64,000 nucleotides of DNA from an uncultured Faecalicoccus sp. (GTDB lineage: Bacteria > Bacillota_I > Bacilli_A > Erysipelotrichales > Erysipelotrichaceae), in assembly GCA_902497095.1 (NCBI GenBank), contig CABVDD010000001.1, positions 54,311 to 118,310 of the forward strand. The letters run 5' to 3'. This document shows positions 52,574-62,058 of the stretch, piece after piece (the stretch's first letter is position 1; the number at the start of each line of letters is the position of its first letter). Position numbers and translations under genes: made by a program. The notes below the pieces were generated by a model, which was not told the origin of the DNA, did no database searches, and was given only the letters and a program-made list of their open reading frames with translations.

Positions 52574-53857
52574 ATGTTTAAAAGAAAAGTAAAAAAAGTG
52601 CAAAAACAAAAAGAAAAAAAGAATCGAAAACGGCAATGGGGGCTGTTTTTTGATAAAATACGTCACTTTTTTTCTTTAACGCCTAAAAGTGACAGAGTTG
52701 TAACACTAGCGGTATTTTTGTTGGTTCTATGTGGAACGATCATGATTATTTCTACCAATGTTGGAGGAACCACATCGAATGCCAATATCGTTTTGACGAC
52801 AACGATTCGACAAGTGATTTATTTAGTGATTTCGTTTTTCTTTATGTGGGCTGCCAATCATATTTTTAACTTTAAATGGTTTGATAAGGCAGAAAACATG
52901 ATTCTTGTGTTTGCGTTTATATTTATGTTGATGCCACTTGCGTTTTCGGCTTCCGGTGGTTCGCATGCCTGGATTCGATTACCAGGCGGGGTAACGATTC
53001 AGCCTGCAGAATTCGCAAAACCTTTATTGATCTTGATATTCGCATCTTCTATGTATCGGGCTAGAAAAGATGTGAATATGATCAAACATTGGCAGTTGTT
53101 GTTTCGTAAACCATTTATATGTTGGGGATTATTGATGGTAGGAATCGTTCTTCAGCATGATTATGGTACAGGTTTTATTATTTCCTTTATCTTTTTTATC
53201 TGTTTGATGATTCCGGCTTATCCGCAAATAGAAACTTTCCAAAGAAGACTTCGCTGGATCATAGGTACCATTTTTATAGCAGCGCTTTTCTTATTTTGGA
53301 TTACCGATATTGGAACTTCCATTTTACAACATACTCCATTAGCTCATATTGCGACTCGTATTGAAAATGCCAAAAACCCGTATACCGATGTTTATGGCAG
53401 TGGATATCAGCCGGCAAACGCCTTATACGGAATTGGAAGCGGTGGCCTTTTTGGTCGCGGCATTGGAGGTTCGTTGCGTAAATATGGTTATTTGACACAG
53501 GCGGATAATGACTATATCTTAGCGGTAATTATTGAAGAAACTGGTATTTTTGGCTTAGGTATCTTATCTTTGTTGTATGGGTTATTGATCTACCGTTTTT
53601 TCTATTATGCGTTTAAGACCAATGAGTTTACGTATAAAACGGTTTTAGTGGGATCCAGTGCTTATTTGTTTATTCATTTTGTATTGAATGTGGGTGGTGT
53701 ATCCGGATTGATTCCTTCAACAGGGGTTCCTCTTTTATTTATAAGCAGTGGAGGATCTTCTTTAATGGCAGCCTTTATTACGATCGGTCTTTGTCAACAA
53801 TGTATTTCTCAAATTCGATTAAAGGAGATGAAACGAAATGCGTATCGTATCCGGTAA
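52574..53857 (+). CDS. SEDS-family peptidoglycan glycosyltransferase (FtsW/RodA/SpoVE)
   Basis: 427 aa counted from ATG 52574 (SD GGGGGA), 10 hydrophobic helices. Conserved IQPAEFAKP and SGGSS motifs. Lys/Arg-rich N-terminal tail. Confidence 0.85.
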   Translation: MFKRKVKKVQKQKEKKNRKRQWGLFFDKIRHFFSLTPKSDRVVTLAVFLLVLCGTIMIISTNVGGTTSNANIVLTTTIRQVIYLVISFFFMWAANHIFNFKWFDKAENMILVFAFIFMLMPLAFSASGGSHAWIRLPGGVTIQPAEFAKPLLILIFASSMYRARKDVNMIKHWQLLFRKPFICWGLLMVGIVLQHDYGTGFIISFIFFICLMIPAYPQIETFQRRLRWIIGTIFIAALFLFWITDIGTSILQHTPLAHIATRIENAKNPYTDVYGSGYQPANALYGIGSGGLFGRGIGGSLRKYGYLTQADNDYILAVIIEETGIFGLGILSLLYGLLIYRFFYYAFKTNEFTYKTVLVGSSAYLFIHFVLNVGGVSGLIPSTGVPLLFISSGGSSLMAAFITIGLCQQCISQIRLKEMKRNAYRIR

Positions 53858-54386
53858 ATTTGGTTCACGAAAATTAATCAGTGTTGATGGAATGATGACA
53901 AGGCCTACATCTGATAAAGTCAAAGGTGCTGTTTTTTCAAGCCTGGGTAATCAATTTTCAGGCGGTAACATGTTAGATTGTTATAGTGGTACAGGAAATA
54001 TGGCCTTAGAAGCTATTTCACGCGGAATGGATCATGCCGTCTGTGTCGAAATAAACCGAAAAGCTGTTCAGGTTATTCGTACCAATGTCAAAAATTTAGG
54101 TGTGTGGGATCAGGTACAGATCGTTTCAGGAAATATTTTTTCTGTTCTTTCGCAACTACAAATGCAATTTGATCTCGTTTATATTGATCCACCTTATAAA
54201 AAGGAAGAAAACATCAAGTTGTTAGAAGCTTTGGAATCATATGATCTAGTCAATGAAAAAGGACAGGTCGTTATTGAAAGTTTGGCTATACAAACGTGGC
54301 CAGATCAAGTAAAAAGTTTAATTAAATATAAAGAAAAGACGTATCGTGATACAAAAATCACGTATTACAGAAAGGAAGAAAAATAA
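53838..54386 (+). CDS. rsmD: 16S rRNA (guanine966-N2)-methyltransferase
   Basis: 182 aa. RPTSDKVKGAVFS, SAM motif DCYSGTGN, catalytic DPPY. Confidence 0.85.
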   Translation: MRIVSGKFGSRKLISVDGMMTRPTSDKVKGAVFSSLGNQFSGGNMLDCYSGTGNMALEAISRGMDHAVCVEINRKAVQVIRTNVKNLGVWDQVQIVSGNIFSVLSQLQMQFDLVYIDPPYKKEENIKLLEALESYDLVNEKGQVVIESLAIQTWPDQVKSLIKYKEKTYRDTKITYYRKEEK

Positions 54387-54859
54387 TGGCGAAAGCTTGT
54401 TTTTGTGGCACATTTGATCCTTTGACAAAAGGACATGTGGATATCATTGAAAGAGCATCCAATATCTTTGATGAAGTGATTGTGATGATTTCTGTAAATA
54501 GTGAAAAAGTAGAACAGTTTTCAAAGGAACAAAGAATGCGTTGGATCAAACAGGCAACGAGTCATTTAAAAAATGTGCGTTGTGCCATACAGACAGGTTT
54601 GGTTGTTGATGCTTGTAAAAAGGAAGGGGCCCATGTTTTGATTCGCGGCTTACGCAATGCAGTGGATTTCCAATACGAACAGAATATGGAAGCTATGAAC
54701 CATCAAATGGCACCGGAGATCGAAACGATATTTTTGATGAGTCATCCCTCACATATGTATTGTTCAAGTTCCAATGTTCGAGAATTGCTTCGCTACGGGC
54801 AAGATATATCGCATATGGTTCCAGAATGTGTCTGGCAAGATTTAAAGAAGGTGAAATGA
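54386..54859 (+). CDS. coaD: Pantetheine-phosphate adenylyltransferase
   Basis: 157 aa. GTFDPLTKGH nucleotidyltransferase motif, SSSNVRE. Confidence 0.9.
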   Translation: MAKACFCGTFDPLTKGHVDIIERASNIFDEVIVMISVNSEKVEQFSKEQRMRWIKQATSHLKNVRCAIQTGLVVDACKKEGAHVLIRGLRNAVDFQYEQNMEAMNHQMAPEIETIFLMSHPSHMYCSSSNVRELLRYGQDISHMVPECVWQDLKKVK

Positions 54860-55542
54860 TGAAAGAATTTACAGAATGGATGAAGGAAAATGGATTTACT
54901 GTCAACGATCCGCAAATTTACCAGGAAGCTTGCACACATTCCAGTTTTGCCAATGAACATCATAAAAAAGGTAAAGACAATGAACGTTTAGAGTTTATGG
55001 GAGATGCAGTCTTACAGATATGGAGTGCCGATCAATTGTTTCATATGCAGCCTGTTATGCGTGAAGGACAGATGACAACATTGCGTGCGCAGACGGTTTG
55101 TGAAGCGACTTTGGCAAAGTTGAATAAGAAGCTTGGCTGGTATGAATATTTAAAACTTGGTGTAGGTGAAGAAAAAAATGGTGGGCGTCATCGCGCAAGT
55201 ATTTTGGCTGATCAATTTGAAGCTTGTTTAGGAGCTATTTATATAGATCAGGGGTATAGTGTCTGTGATGTGATCTTAAAAGAGCATATGTCTCCTTTAT
55301 TTAAGGCAGAAAAAAGTGAAGATGTAAAAGATTATAAAACACATTTACAAGAAGTGATCCAAGCCGATACACGTAAAACGATCCAATATCGATGTTTAGA
55401 AGAGATCGGCCCAAGCAATGCGCCAACATTTACAATGGGTGTATATCTGGATGATATTTTATTAGGAACGGGTACGAGTTCAACCAAGAAAAAGGCAGAA
55501 CAGCTGGCAGCTAAAGATGCGTTTACCAAAATGGTCAGATAA
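54856..55542 (+). CDS. rnc: Ribonuclease III
   Basis: 228 aa counted from ATG 54856 (ATGA overlap with the coaD stop). Signature ERLEFMGDAVL and a C-terminal dsRBD (PTFTMGVYLDD...KKKAEQLAAKDA). Confidence 0.9.
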   Translation: MMKEFTEWMKENGFTVNDPQIYQEACTHSSFANEHHKKGKDNERLEFMGDAVLQIWSADQLFHMQPVMREGQMTTLRAQTVCEATLAKLNKKLGWYEYLKLGVGEEKNGGRHRASILADQFEACLGAIYIDQGYSVCDVILKEHMSPLFKAEKSEDVKDYKTHLQEVIQADTRKTIQYRCLEEIGPSNAPTFTMGVYLDDILLGTGTSSTKKKAEQLAAKDAFTKMVR

Positions 55543-55553
55543 GGAGTGATCCG

Positions 55554-58500
55554 ATGGTTTGGGAAAGCATAGGTAATTTTTTACCGGAAGAATTCAAAGA
55601 ATATTTTGCACATGCTCTTTTTGAAAAAGGGCCTGTTTTTCATGTGAAAAAAGAACAATTGGAAATGACATTATTACTAGAGCATGTACTTCCGTTTGAT
55701 GTATATTCCAGGCTGTTACATACATTAAAGGTAAAGACGCATGTACATGTGGATTTGATCATTCATGCCAAAGATACACAAGTGGATATGGTCAATTTAG
55801 ATCAGTATGTCAGTTATTTTGTGGAAAAAGATACACAGTTCAAAGATTTTCGTTTTCTTCATCCTTTTATAGAAGAGGATATGGTATATTTTTCGACAAA
55901 AGATGAAACAAGACTTGCGAAAATGAATCGTAAATTACCATCATTGATTGAAAATCTTCAAAATGTAGGTATTCAAATGGAAATGATGTGTAAAAAAATT
56001 GAAGATGACAAGGTAATTGAAACACAACATATCGATTTACCAGAAACAAATATTCCTAAAGAAGAACCGGTTCGTAAGATATATCGAAAAGAAGAATCTA
56101 TTTCTTGTTCTATTGGAGAACTACAAGTCGGTATGCGTTCGGTTGTTATAGAGGGTCATATATTCTCTGTGGACAATCGTATCATGAAATCGGGAAAAAC
56201 ACTGCAGATGTTATATGTTTCGGATTATCAAGATGCAATCGTTTGTAAGCGATTTGAAAATGCACGCTGTTCCATTGATGAAATCAATCGGGCTAAAAAA
56301 GGCATGACTGTCAGATTAAAAGGTGAAGTTGTATATGACAGTTTTTCTAAATGTGATTCTTTTATGATTCAAAGTCTTGAGGAAATCCAACCGGCCAAAC
56401 GAAAAGATAAAGCTTTAGAAAAACGTACAGAATGGCACGTTCATTCTAATTTTTCAGAAATGGATGGGGTATGTTCCATCGAAGAATACATTCAGACAGC
56501 TTATGATTGGGGAATGGATGCGATAGGTATATGTGATCATCAAGTAGTACAGGCATTTCCTATGGCACAGCATAAAGTGACGGCTTTAAATAAACAAGAT
56601 CCAGATCGAAATTTTAAAATGTTGTATGGATGTGAAATGAGCATGGTCGATCCTGACTATAAAATTATTTTCAATAATGATCATCGAAAATTGGAAGATG
56701 CCACTTTTGTTGTGTTTGACTTAGAAACAACAGGTCTTTCCAATCGGTTAGATGAGATCATTGAATTTGGTGCGGTTAAGATGAAATATCGTGAAGTTAT
56801 CGATCGAAAACAAATGTTTATTGATCCTAAACGCACGATCCCGGCAAGCATTACTTCTTTAACGCATATTGCCCAACATGATGTTGAAGGACAAAAAACG
56901 ATTGAACAAGCTATTGATGAATTGTTAGAGTTTATTGGAGATTCTATTTTAGTAGCGCATAACGCTGCTTTTGACGTTGGATTTATGAATGCAGCTTGTC
57001 AAAAATGTGGTAAGGAGCGCTTAAAGAATCCGGTTATAGATACTTGGCCTTTGGCACAAGCCATGATTCCAGATGCCAAACGTTACAATTTGGGAAGCGT
57101 ATGTCGCCATTATGGTGTCAGTTATGATGGAGAAGGTGCCCATCGTGCCGATTATGATGCGCAAGTATTATCGCAAGTGTTATGTCATATGTTAAATCAG
57201 TTTGACAGTGATGTTACATTGGATGATTTGGCTGGATTAAAGAATGAAAATAGTTATACAAAGGTCAGAAATTATCATACGACCGTCTACGCCAAAAATA
57301 AGGAAGGCTTAAAGGAATTGTTTGAATTGATCACATTAAGCCATACCAAATATCTTTCTACAGAAACAGCGGCAGGAGAGCCAAGAATTCCGCGGTTTGA
57401 ATTGGAGGCCAAAAGAAAGAACGGAAATCTTTTAATTGGGTCTAGTTGTCAAAATGGCGAAATCTTTGATTTGGCTCATACAAGAGATGCACAAATGTTG
57501 GAAGATGCCATGGATTTTTATGACTATATCGAGCTGCAGCCATTGGATTGTTACAGCAACCTTTTACAGATGCGCCGTCGAGGAAAAGCCATTCAAAGTG
57601 TTGAGGATCTAAAAAAGATCATTGGTTTTATTTTAGATGCAGCGCATAAAAAGAATAAATTGGTGATTGCTTCCAGCGATGCGCACTATGTACATCCGCA
57701 TCAAAAACGTGTTCGAGACATTTATATCAATGCCAAAGCAATAGGAAATGCCAGACACCCTTTGTATTTGTATGATCAACAACAGCGCAAGGCTACCAGT
57801 GCTCCTAACCAGCATTTTTTGACAACGGATGAAATGTTACAGGCATTTTCCTGGCTGCCAGAGCAACAGGCTTATGAGATCGTTGTGACAAATACGAATA
57901 AATTAAAGAAGATGACAGAGGCAATCTATCCCATCAAAGATAAATTGTATCCACCGGATATTGAAGGATCGGATCAAAAACTAAGAGATATTTGTTTTGA
58001 AACAGCACATAAGATCTATGGTGAACAATTGCCAGAAATCGTTGAAAAGCGATTGAATCGAGAATTAGACAGTATTATCGGTCATGGATATTACGTAGTT
58101 TATTATATTTCGCATTTGCTTGTTAAAAAGAGCAATGAAGATGGCTATCTTGTAGGAAGTAGAGGTTCGGTCGGTTCTAGTTTTGTAGCGACCATGAGCA
58201 ATATTACCGAAGTTAACCCTTTACAACCGCATTATGTGTGTCCGAAATGTCATCATTATGAATTTATTGAAAGTGAAGAAGTCAAATCCGGTTTTGATTT
58301 ACCAGATAAACCATGTCCTGAATGCGGCACCATTATGCGTGGGGATGGACAAGATATTCCATTTGAAACGTTCTTAGGATTTGAGGGTGATAAAGTTCCG
58401 GATATCGATTTGAACTTTTCAGGTGATTATCAGGCAAATGCACATGCGTTCACAAAAGAGATTTTTGGAGAAGATCATGTCTTTCGAGCTGGAACGGTTG

Positions 58501-59843
58501 GAACTGTCCAAGAAAAGACTGCTTATGGATATATCAAAGGATATGAAGAAGAAATGGGTATAGAACCATTTAGTGAGGCAAAACGAATTGATCTTGCCAA
58601 AGAATGTGAAGGTGTGAAACGAACAACGGGCCAGCATCCAGGCGGTATTGTCGTAGTTCCGTTGGATATGGATGTACATGATTTTACACCGGTTCAATAT
58701 CCCGCAAACAACCCTCATGCGGAATGGAAGACGACACACTTCGATTTCCATCAGATTCATGATAATATCCTGAAGTTTGATATATTAGGGCATGTCGATC
58801 CAACAGCCATGAAAATGTTGGAAAGAATTACAGGAAAAGATGTTCGAACGATACCGATGAATGATGAAGCTACAATGGCTATATTTTCCGGTCTTGATTC
58901 GTTAAACATTGATACAACCCGTTATAACGAAGTAACAGGAGCAGCAGGCATTCCTGAGTTTGGAACGAAATTTGTTCGCGGTATATTGGAAAAGACAAAA
59001 CCGACTACCTTTGCGGAGTTAGTCAGTATTTCTGGATTGAGTCATGGAACCGATGTATGGCTTGGCAATGCCGAAGAGCTGATCAATAATGGAACTTGTG
59101 TTTTAAGCGAAGTTATTGGTTGTCGTGATGATATCATGGTAGATTTGATTCAGATGGGATTAGAGCCTAAACAAGCGTTTACGATCATGGAAAGCGTGCG
59201 TAAAGGAAAAGGCTTAAAAGATGAATGGATCGAATCTATGAAGGCCAATAATGTACCGGATTGGTATATTGATTCTTGTTTAAAGATCAAGTACATGTTC
59301 CCTAAGGCACATGCGGTTGCTTATGTTATGATGGCAGTTCGTATCGCTTGGTTTAAAGTACATATGCCTAGAGCTTATTATTGTATGTTCTTTAGTATTC
59401 GTTGCGATGCTTATGATATTTCAACAATGATTGCCGGAGAAGAGGCAATACGACAGCGGATGACAGACATTCGAAGGGCTAAAGAAGATAAAACACAAAA
59501 AGTCAGTGATAAAGAACTTGCGATTTACGATACTTTGGAATTGGCTTTGGAAATGGCTTGTCGAGGATATCATTTTTCTAATGTTTCGATCAATCGCTCG
59601 GCTGCCAATGAATTTATCATGGATCCAGATGATGATAAAAGTATCATTCCGCCATTTACCAGCTTAGATGGTTTGGGAGATAACGTAGGAAAATCTATAG
59701 TTAAAGCCCGAGAAGAAAGACCTTTTTTATCAAAGGAAGATGTATTAAAACGAACGCAGCTTTCTAAATCGTTATTGGATCGTTTAGATATGATGCATGC
59801 CTTGGAAGGCTTGGATGATGAAAATCAAATGACTTTATTTTAA
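55554..59843 (+). CDS. polC: DNA polymerase III alpha subunit, PolC type
   Basis: 1429 aa. OB domain, split PHP domain, inserted DEDD 3'-5' exonuclease (VVFDLETTG, HNAAFDVGF, HRADYDA), Zn-finger CPKC...CPEC, and polymerase core. Confidence 0.95.
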   Translation: MVWESIGNFLPEEFKEYFAHALFEKGPVFHVKKEQLEMTLLLEHVLPFDVYSRLLHTLKVKTHVHVDLIIHAKDTQVDMVNLDQYVSYFVEKDTQFKDFRFLHPFIEEDMVYFSTKDETRLAKMNRKLPSLIENLQNVGIQMEMMCKKIEDDKVIETQHIDLPETNIPKEEPVRKIYRKEESISCSIGELQVGMRSVVIEGHIFSVDNRIMKSGKTLQMLYVSDYQDAIVCKRFENARCSIDEINRAKKGMTVRLKGEVVYDSFSKCDSFMIQSLEEIQPAKRKDKALEKRTEWHVHSNFSEMDGVCSIEEYIQTAYDWGMDAIGICDHQVVQAFPMAQHKVTALNKQDPDRNFKMLYGCEMSMVDPDYKIIFNNDHRKLEDATFVVFDLETTGLSNRLDEIIEFGAVKMKYREVIDRKQMFIDPKRTIPASITSLTHIAQHDVEGQKTIEQAIDELLEFIGDSILVAHNAAFDVGFMNAACQKCGKERLKNPVIDTWPLAQAMIPDAKRYNLGSVCRHYGVSYDGEGAHRADYDAQVLSQVLCHMLNQFDSDVTLDDLAGLKNENSYTKVRNYHTTVYAKNKEGLKELFELITLSHTKYLSTETAAGEPRIPRFELEAKRKNGNLLIGSSCQNGEIFDLAHTRDAQMLEDAMDFYDYIELQPLDCYSNLLQMRRRGKAIQSVEDLKKIIGFILDAAHKKNKLVIASSDAHYVHPHQKRVRDIYINAKAIGNARHPLYLYDQQQRKATSAPNQHFLTTDEMLQAFSWLPEQQAYEIVVTNTNKLKKMTEAIYPIKDKLYPPDIEGSDQKLRDICFETAHKIYGEQLPEIVEKRLNRELDSIIGHGYYVVYYISHLLVKKSNEDGYLVGSRGSVGSSFVATMSNITEVNPLQPHYVCPKCHHYEFIESEEVKSGFDLPDKPCPECGTIMRGDGQDIPFETFLGFEGDKVPDIDLNFSGDYQANAHAFTKEIFGEDHVFRAGTVGTVQEKTAYGYIKGYEEEMGIEPFSEAKRIDLAKECEGVKRTTGQHPGGIVVVPLDMDVHDFTPVQYPANNPHAEWKTTHFDFHQIHDNILKFDILGHVDPTAMKMLERITGKDVRTIPMNDEATMAIFSGLDSLNIDTTRYNEVTGAAGIPEFGTKFVRGILEKTKPTTFAELVSISGLSHGTDVWLGNAEELINNGTCVLSEVIGCRDDIMVDLIQMGLEPKQAFTIMESVRKGKGLKDEWIESMKANNVPDWYIDSCLKIKYMFPKAHAVAYVMMAVRIAWFKVHMPRAYYCMFFSIRCDAYDISTMIAGEEAIRQRMTDIRRAKEDKTQKVSDKELAIYDTLELALEMACRGYHFSNVSINRSAANEFIMDPDDDKSIIPPFTSLDGLGDNVGKSIVKAREERPFLSKEDVLKRTQLSKSLLDRLDMMHALEGLDDENQMTLF

Positions 59844-59884
59844 AAAAAGCATTGTTTTGCATGACGCTAAACAATGCTTTTTAT
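59844..59884. terminator. Bidirectional terminator after polC and the convergent gene
   Basis: 12-bp stem AAAGCATTGTTT / AAACAATGCTTT with flanking A- and T-runs. Confidence 0.8.
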
Positions 59885-59902
59885 TATGAATTAGATAATT
59901 TT

Positions 59903-60511
59903 TTATACACGTCCAATAGCATATTGGAAGGCATCTTCTTCGACTTTGCTTGGATCGTATTCTTCTAAAATCTTTCCATAACGTTCACGATAGTCATTAT
60001 CCACTTCAGCTTGTGGAATGACTTTACAAGCTTCATTGAAGAAATGTTTTGAATCACGTCCCATGGCTTTTCCGCGTTTTGTGTGTTTATCTAAAGCTAA
60101 ATCAATGATTTCTGGAACTTCACCCATTGCGGCTGTTTTAATGACGATATTTTTTAAGAAGTCGCTGGAGCGATCTTTTTGACAAGAGCATAAAATTCGG
60201 ATCGCATGAATGAAATACATAGGCTGATCTGGATCATCGTAGGCATATTCTTTACGCATCTGATTTAATACGTACATATGTCTTGCGGCATCCAGATTTC
60301 CAAATCCAACATCTTCTACAGAAATAGTCATCAAACGACTCCATAATTTTTCCAATAGAACAGGGCTTGTCGTGTATAGTTCATACGCATAGCGACATGC
60401 CAGTTCTGTCATAGAACGACGAATCGATTTTTGTAGACCTGAGATGACTTCATCAGCCATCAAACCGTGTTTTGTTTTTGCTTCTGCCCATAGGCTATAA
60501 TCTTTACTCAT
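59903..60511 (-). CDS. Stand-alone MgsA/RarA C-terminal-domain-like protein (no AAA+ ATPase module)
   Basis: 202 aa counted from ATG 60511 (SD GAGGAGG). ISGLQKSIRRS...LMTISVEDVGFGNLDA...IHAIRILCSCQKDRSS parallels ISALHKSVRGS...IASEDVGNADP...YLACAPKSN of RarA. No Walker motifs. Confidence 0.55.
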   Translation of the reverse strand: MSKDYSLWAEAKTKHGLMADEVISGLQKSIRRSMTELACRYAYELYTTSPVLLEKLWSRLMTISVEDVGFGNLDAARHMYVLNQMRKEYAYDDPDQPMYFIHAIRILCSCQKDRSSDFLKNIVIKTAAMGEVPEIIDLALDKHTKRGKAMGRDSKHFFNEACKVIPQAEVDNDYRERYGKILEEYDPSKVEEDAFQYAIGRV

Positions 60512-60733
60512 GAAAGTACCTCCTCGTATCGTTTTTGATTTACGAAATTTATTATAATCAGGTGCTTTTTTTTGTTCAACTAAACAATTTCCCATGGCTT
60601 AGGAAAGTTGATAGGGGGCACTTTTTTTAATTTCCTAAGGAAAAAGGAAATAAAATATTTGTTTTCCCACAAAAATCACATAAAATAGAGAGTGCCATGA
60701 CATAGTGGACTTAGTAAAGAGAGGAGAAACAAA

Positions 60734-62026
60734 ATGCAAGCAATTCAAAATGCGCTGCAGAAGTGGTTGTTTCCCATTGCACAAAAATTGGAACAACAAA
60801 GACATCTGCAGTCAGTGAAAGACGGTGTGGTTGCGATCATCCCGATCATCATTATCGGATCCTTCTGTATGATTCCGGTAGGATTAGGAAACCTTTTCGG
60901 GGGAGGTTTCGGTGAATGGGTCAATGATCACATTCTCATTTTTAACTTTCCAACTTATTTTACGACTAACCTAATGTCATTATTTTCGGCCTTCTTCATT
61001 GCGGAATCTTTGGCAAAACGCTACAATATGAAGTCTCCTAGTATGTTAGGAATTATGGCCATGTTAGTTCAAGTAGTATTATGTGTAAAGGTCGATCCTG
61101 ATAACAGTATGATATTTGATATTACTTCTTTAGGATCTGAAGGCCTTTTCGTAAGTATTATCTGGGGATTATTGGTAGTAGAAATTACTCGTTTATTTGA
61201 AAAGAATAATTGGACGATTCGTATGCCTGATAGTGTTCCACCAATGGTATCCGAAAGTTTTCTTTCTTTGATTCCATTTGCGGTAAACGTTATTTTAGCT
61301 GTTGCGGTAGCTTTGTTGTGCCAAACTTATGCAGGAACAACATTCCCTAAAATTATTATCAGCTTATTGGCGCCAGCTATTTCTTCTATGGACTCCGTTT
61401 GGGCAGTTGCGATCATTATTTTCCTAACACAGTTATTGTGGGTTTTTGGTTTACATGGTGCAGCAATTACGCAAAGTGTCTGGGCACCTTTTGCGATTAC
61501 TTATGCCGCTGAAAATGCTGCAGCTGTAGCAGCTGGGGCAACACCAGAACACATTTTTACTTATGGATTCTATTTTGGTTTCTTACAAGTATCTGGTTCC
61601 GGTATGACTTTGTTGTTGGTAATCATGATGTGCCGTTCTAAAGCCAAATCTTTAAGCTCTATCGGTAAAGTTGGTATCGTTCCTTCCTTTTTTGGTATCA
61701 ATGAGCCAATTATCTTTGGTTTACCAATGATCATGAACCCTTATATGTTGGTACCATTTGTTTTAGGTCCTGTGGTTTGTGCTGTCATTTCTTATGAAGC
61801 CATGGCAACTGGTTTAGTATCTTTACCACTTGGTGAAGCACCAGGTTTCCTTCCTCCAGGATTCCAGGCTTTCTTATTGACAATGGATTGGAAAGCTGCA
61901 GTCTTGGCGATTTTCAACGTTGTTTTGATGGGAATCTTCTATTATCCGTTCTTTAAAGCTATGGAAGCGGATGAATTGAGAAAAGAACGTGAAATTGAAG
62001 CTCAAAAAGAAGCACAAAACGCATAA
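60734..62026 (+). CDS. PTS sugar transporter subunit EIIC (lactose/cellobiose family)
   Basis: 430 aa polytopic protein. Pattern typical of CelB/LicC-type EIIC (N-terminal LFPIAQKL...HLQSVKDG, GINEPIIFGLP). Confidence 0.8.
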   Translation: MQAIQNALQKWLFPIAQKLEQQRHLQSVKDGVVAIIPIIIIGSFCMIPVGLGNLFGGGFGEWVNDHILIFNFPTYFTTNLMSLFSAFFIAESLAKRYNMKSPSMLGIMAMLVQVVLCVKVDPDNSMIFDITSLGSEGLFVSIIWGLLVVEITRLFEKNNWTIRMPDSVPPMVSESFLSLIPFAVNVILAVAVALLCQTYAGTTFPKIIISLLAPAISSMDSVWAVAIIIFLTQLLWVFGLHGAAITQSVWAPFAITYAAENAAAVAAGATPEHIFTYGFYFGFLQVSGSGMTLLLVIMMCRSKAKSLSSIGKVGIVPSFFGINEPIIFGLPMIMNPYMLVPFVLGPVVCAVISYEAMATGLVSLPLGEAPGFLPPGFQAFLLTMDWKAAVLAIFNVVLMGIFYYPFFKAMEADELRKEREIEAQKEAQNA

Positions 62027-62058
62027 AGTATCAATAAAATGGAAATGAGGGATGCCCG

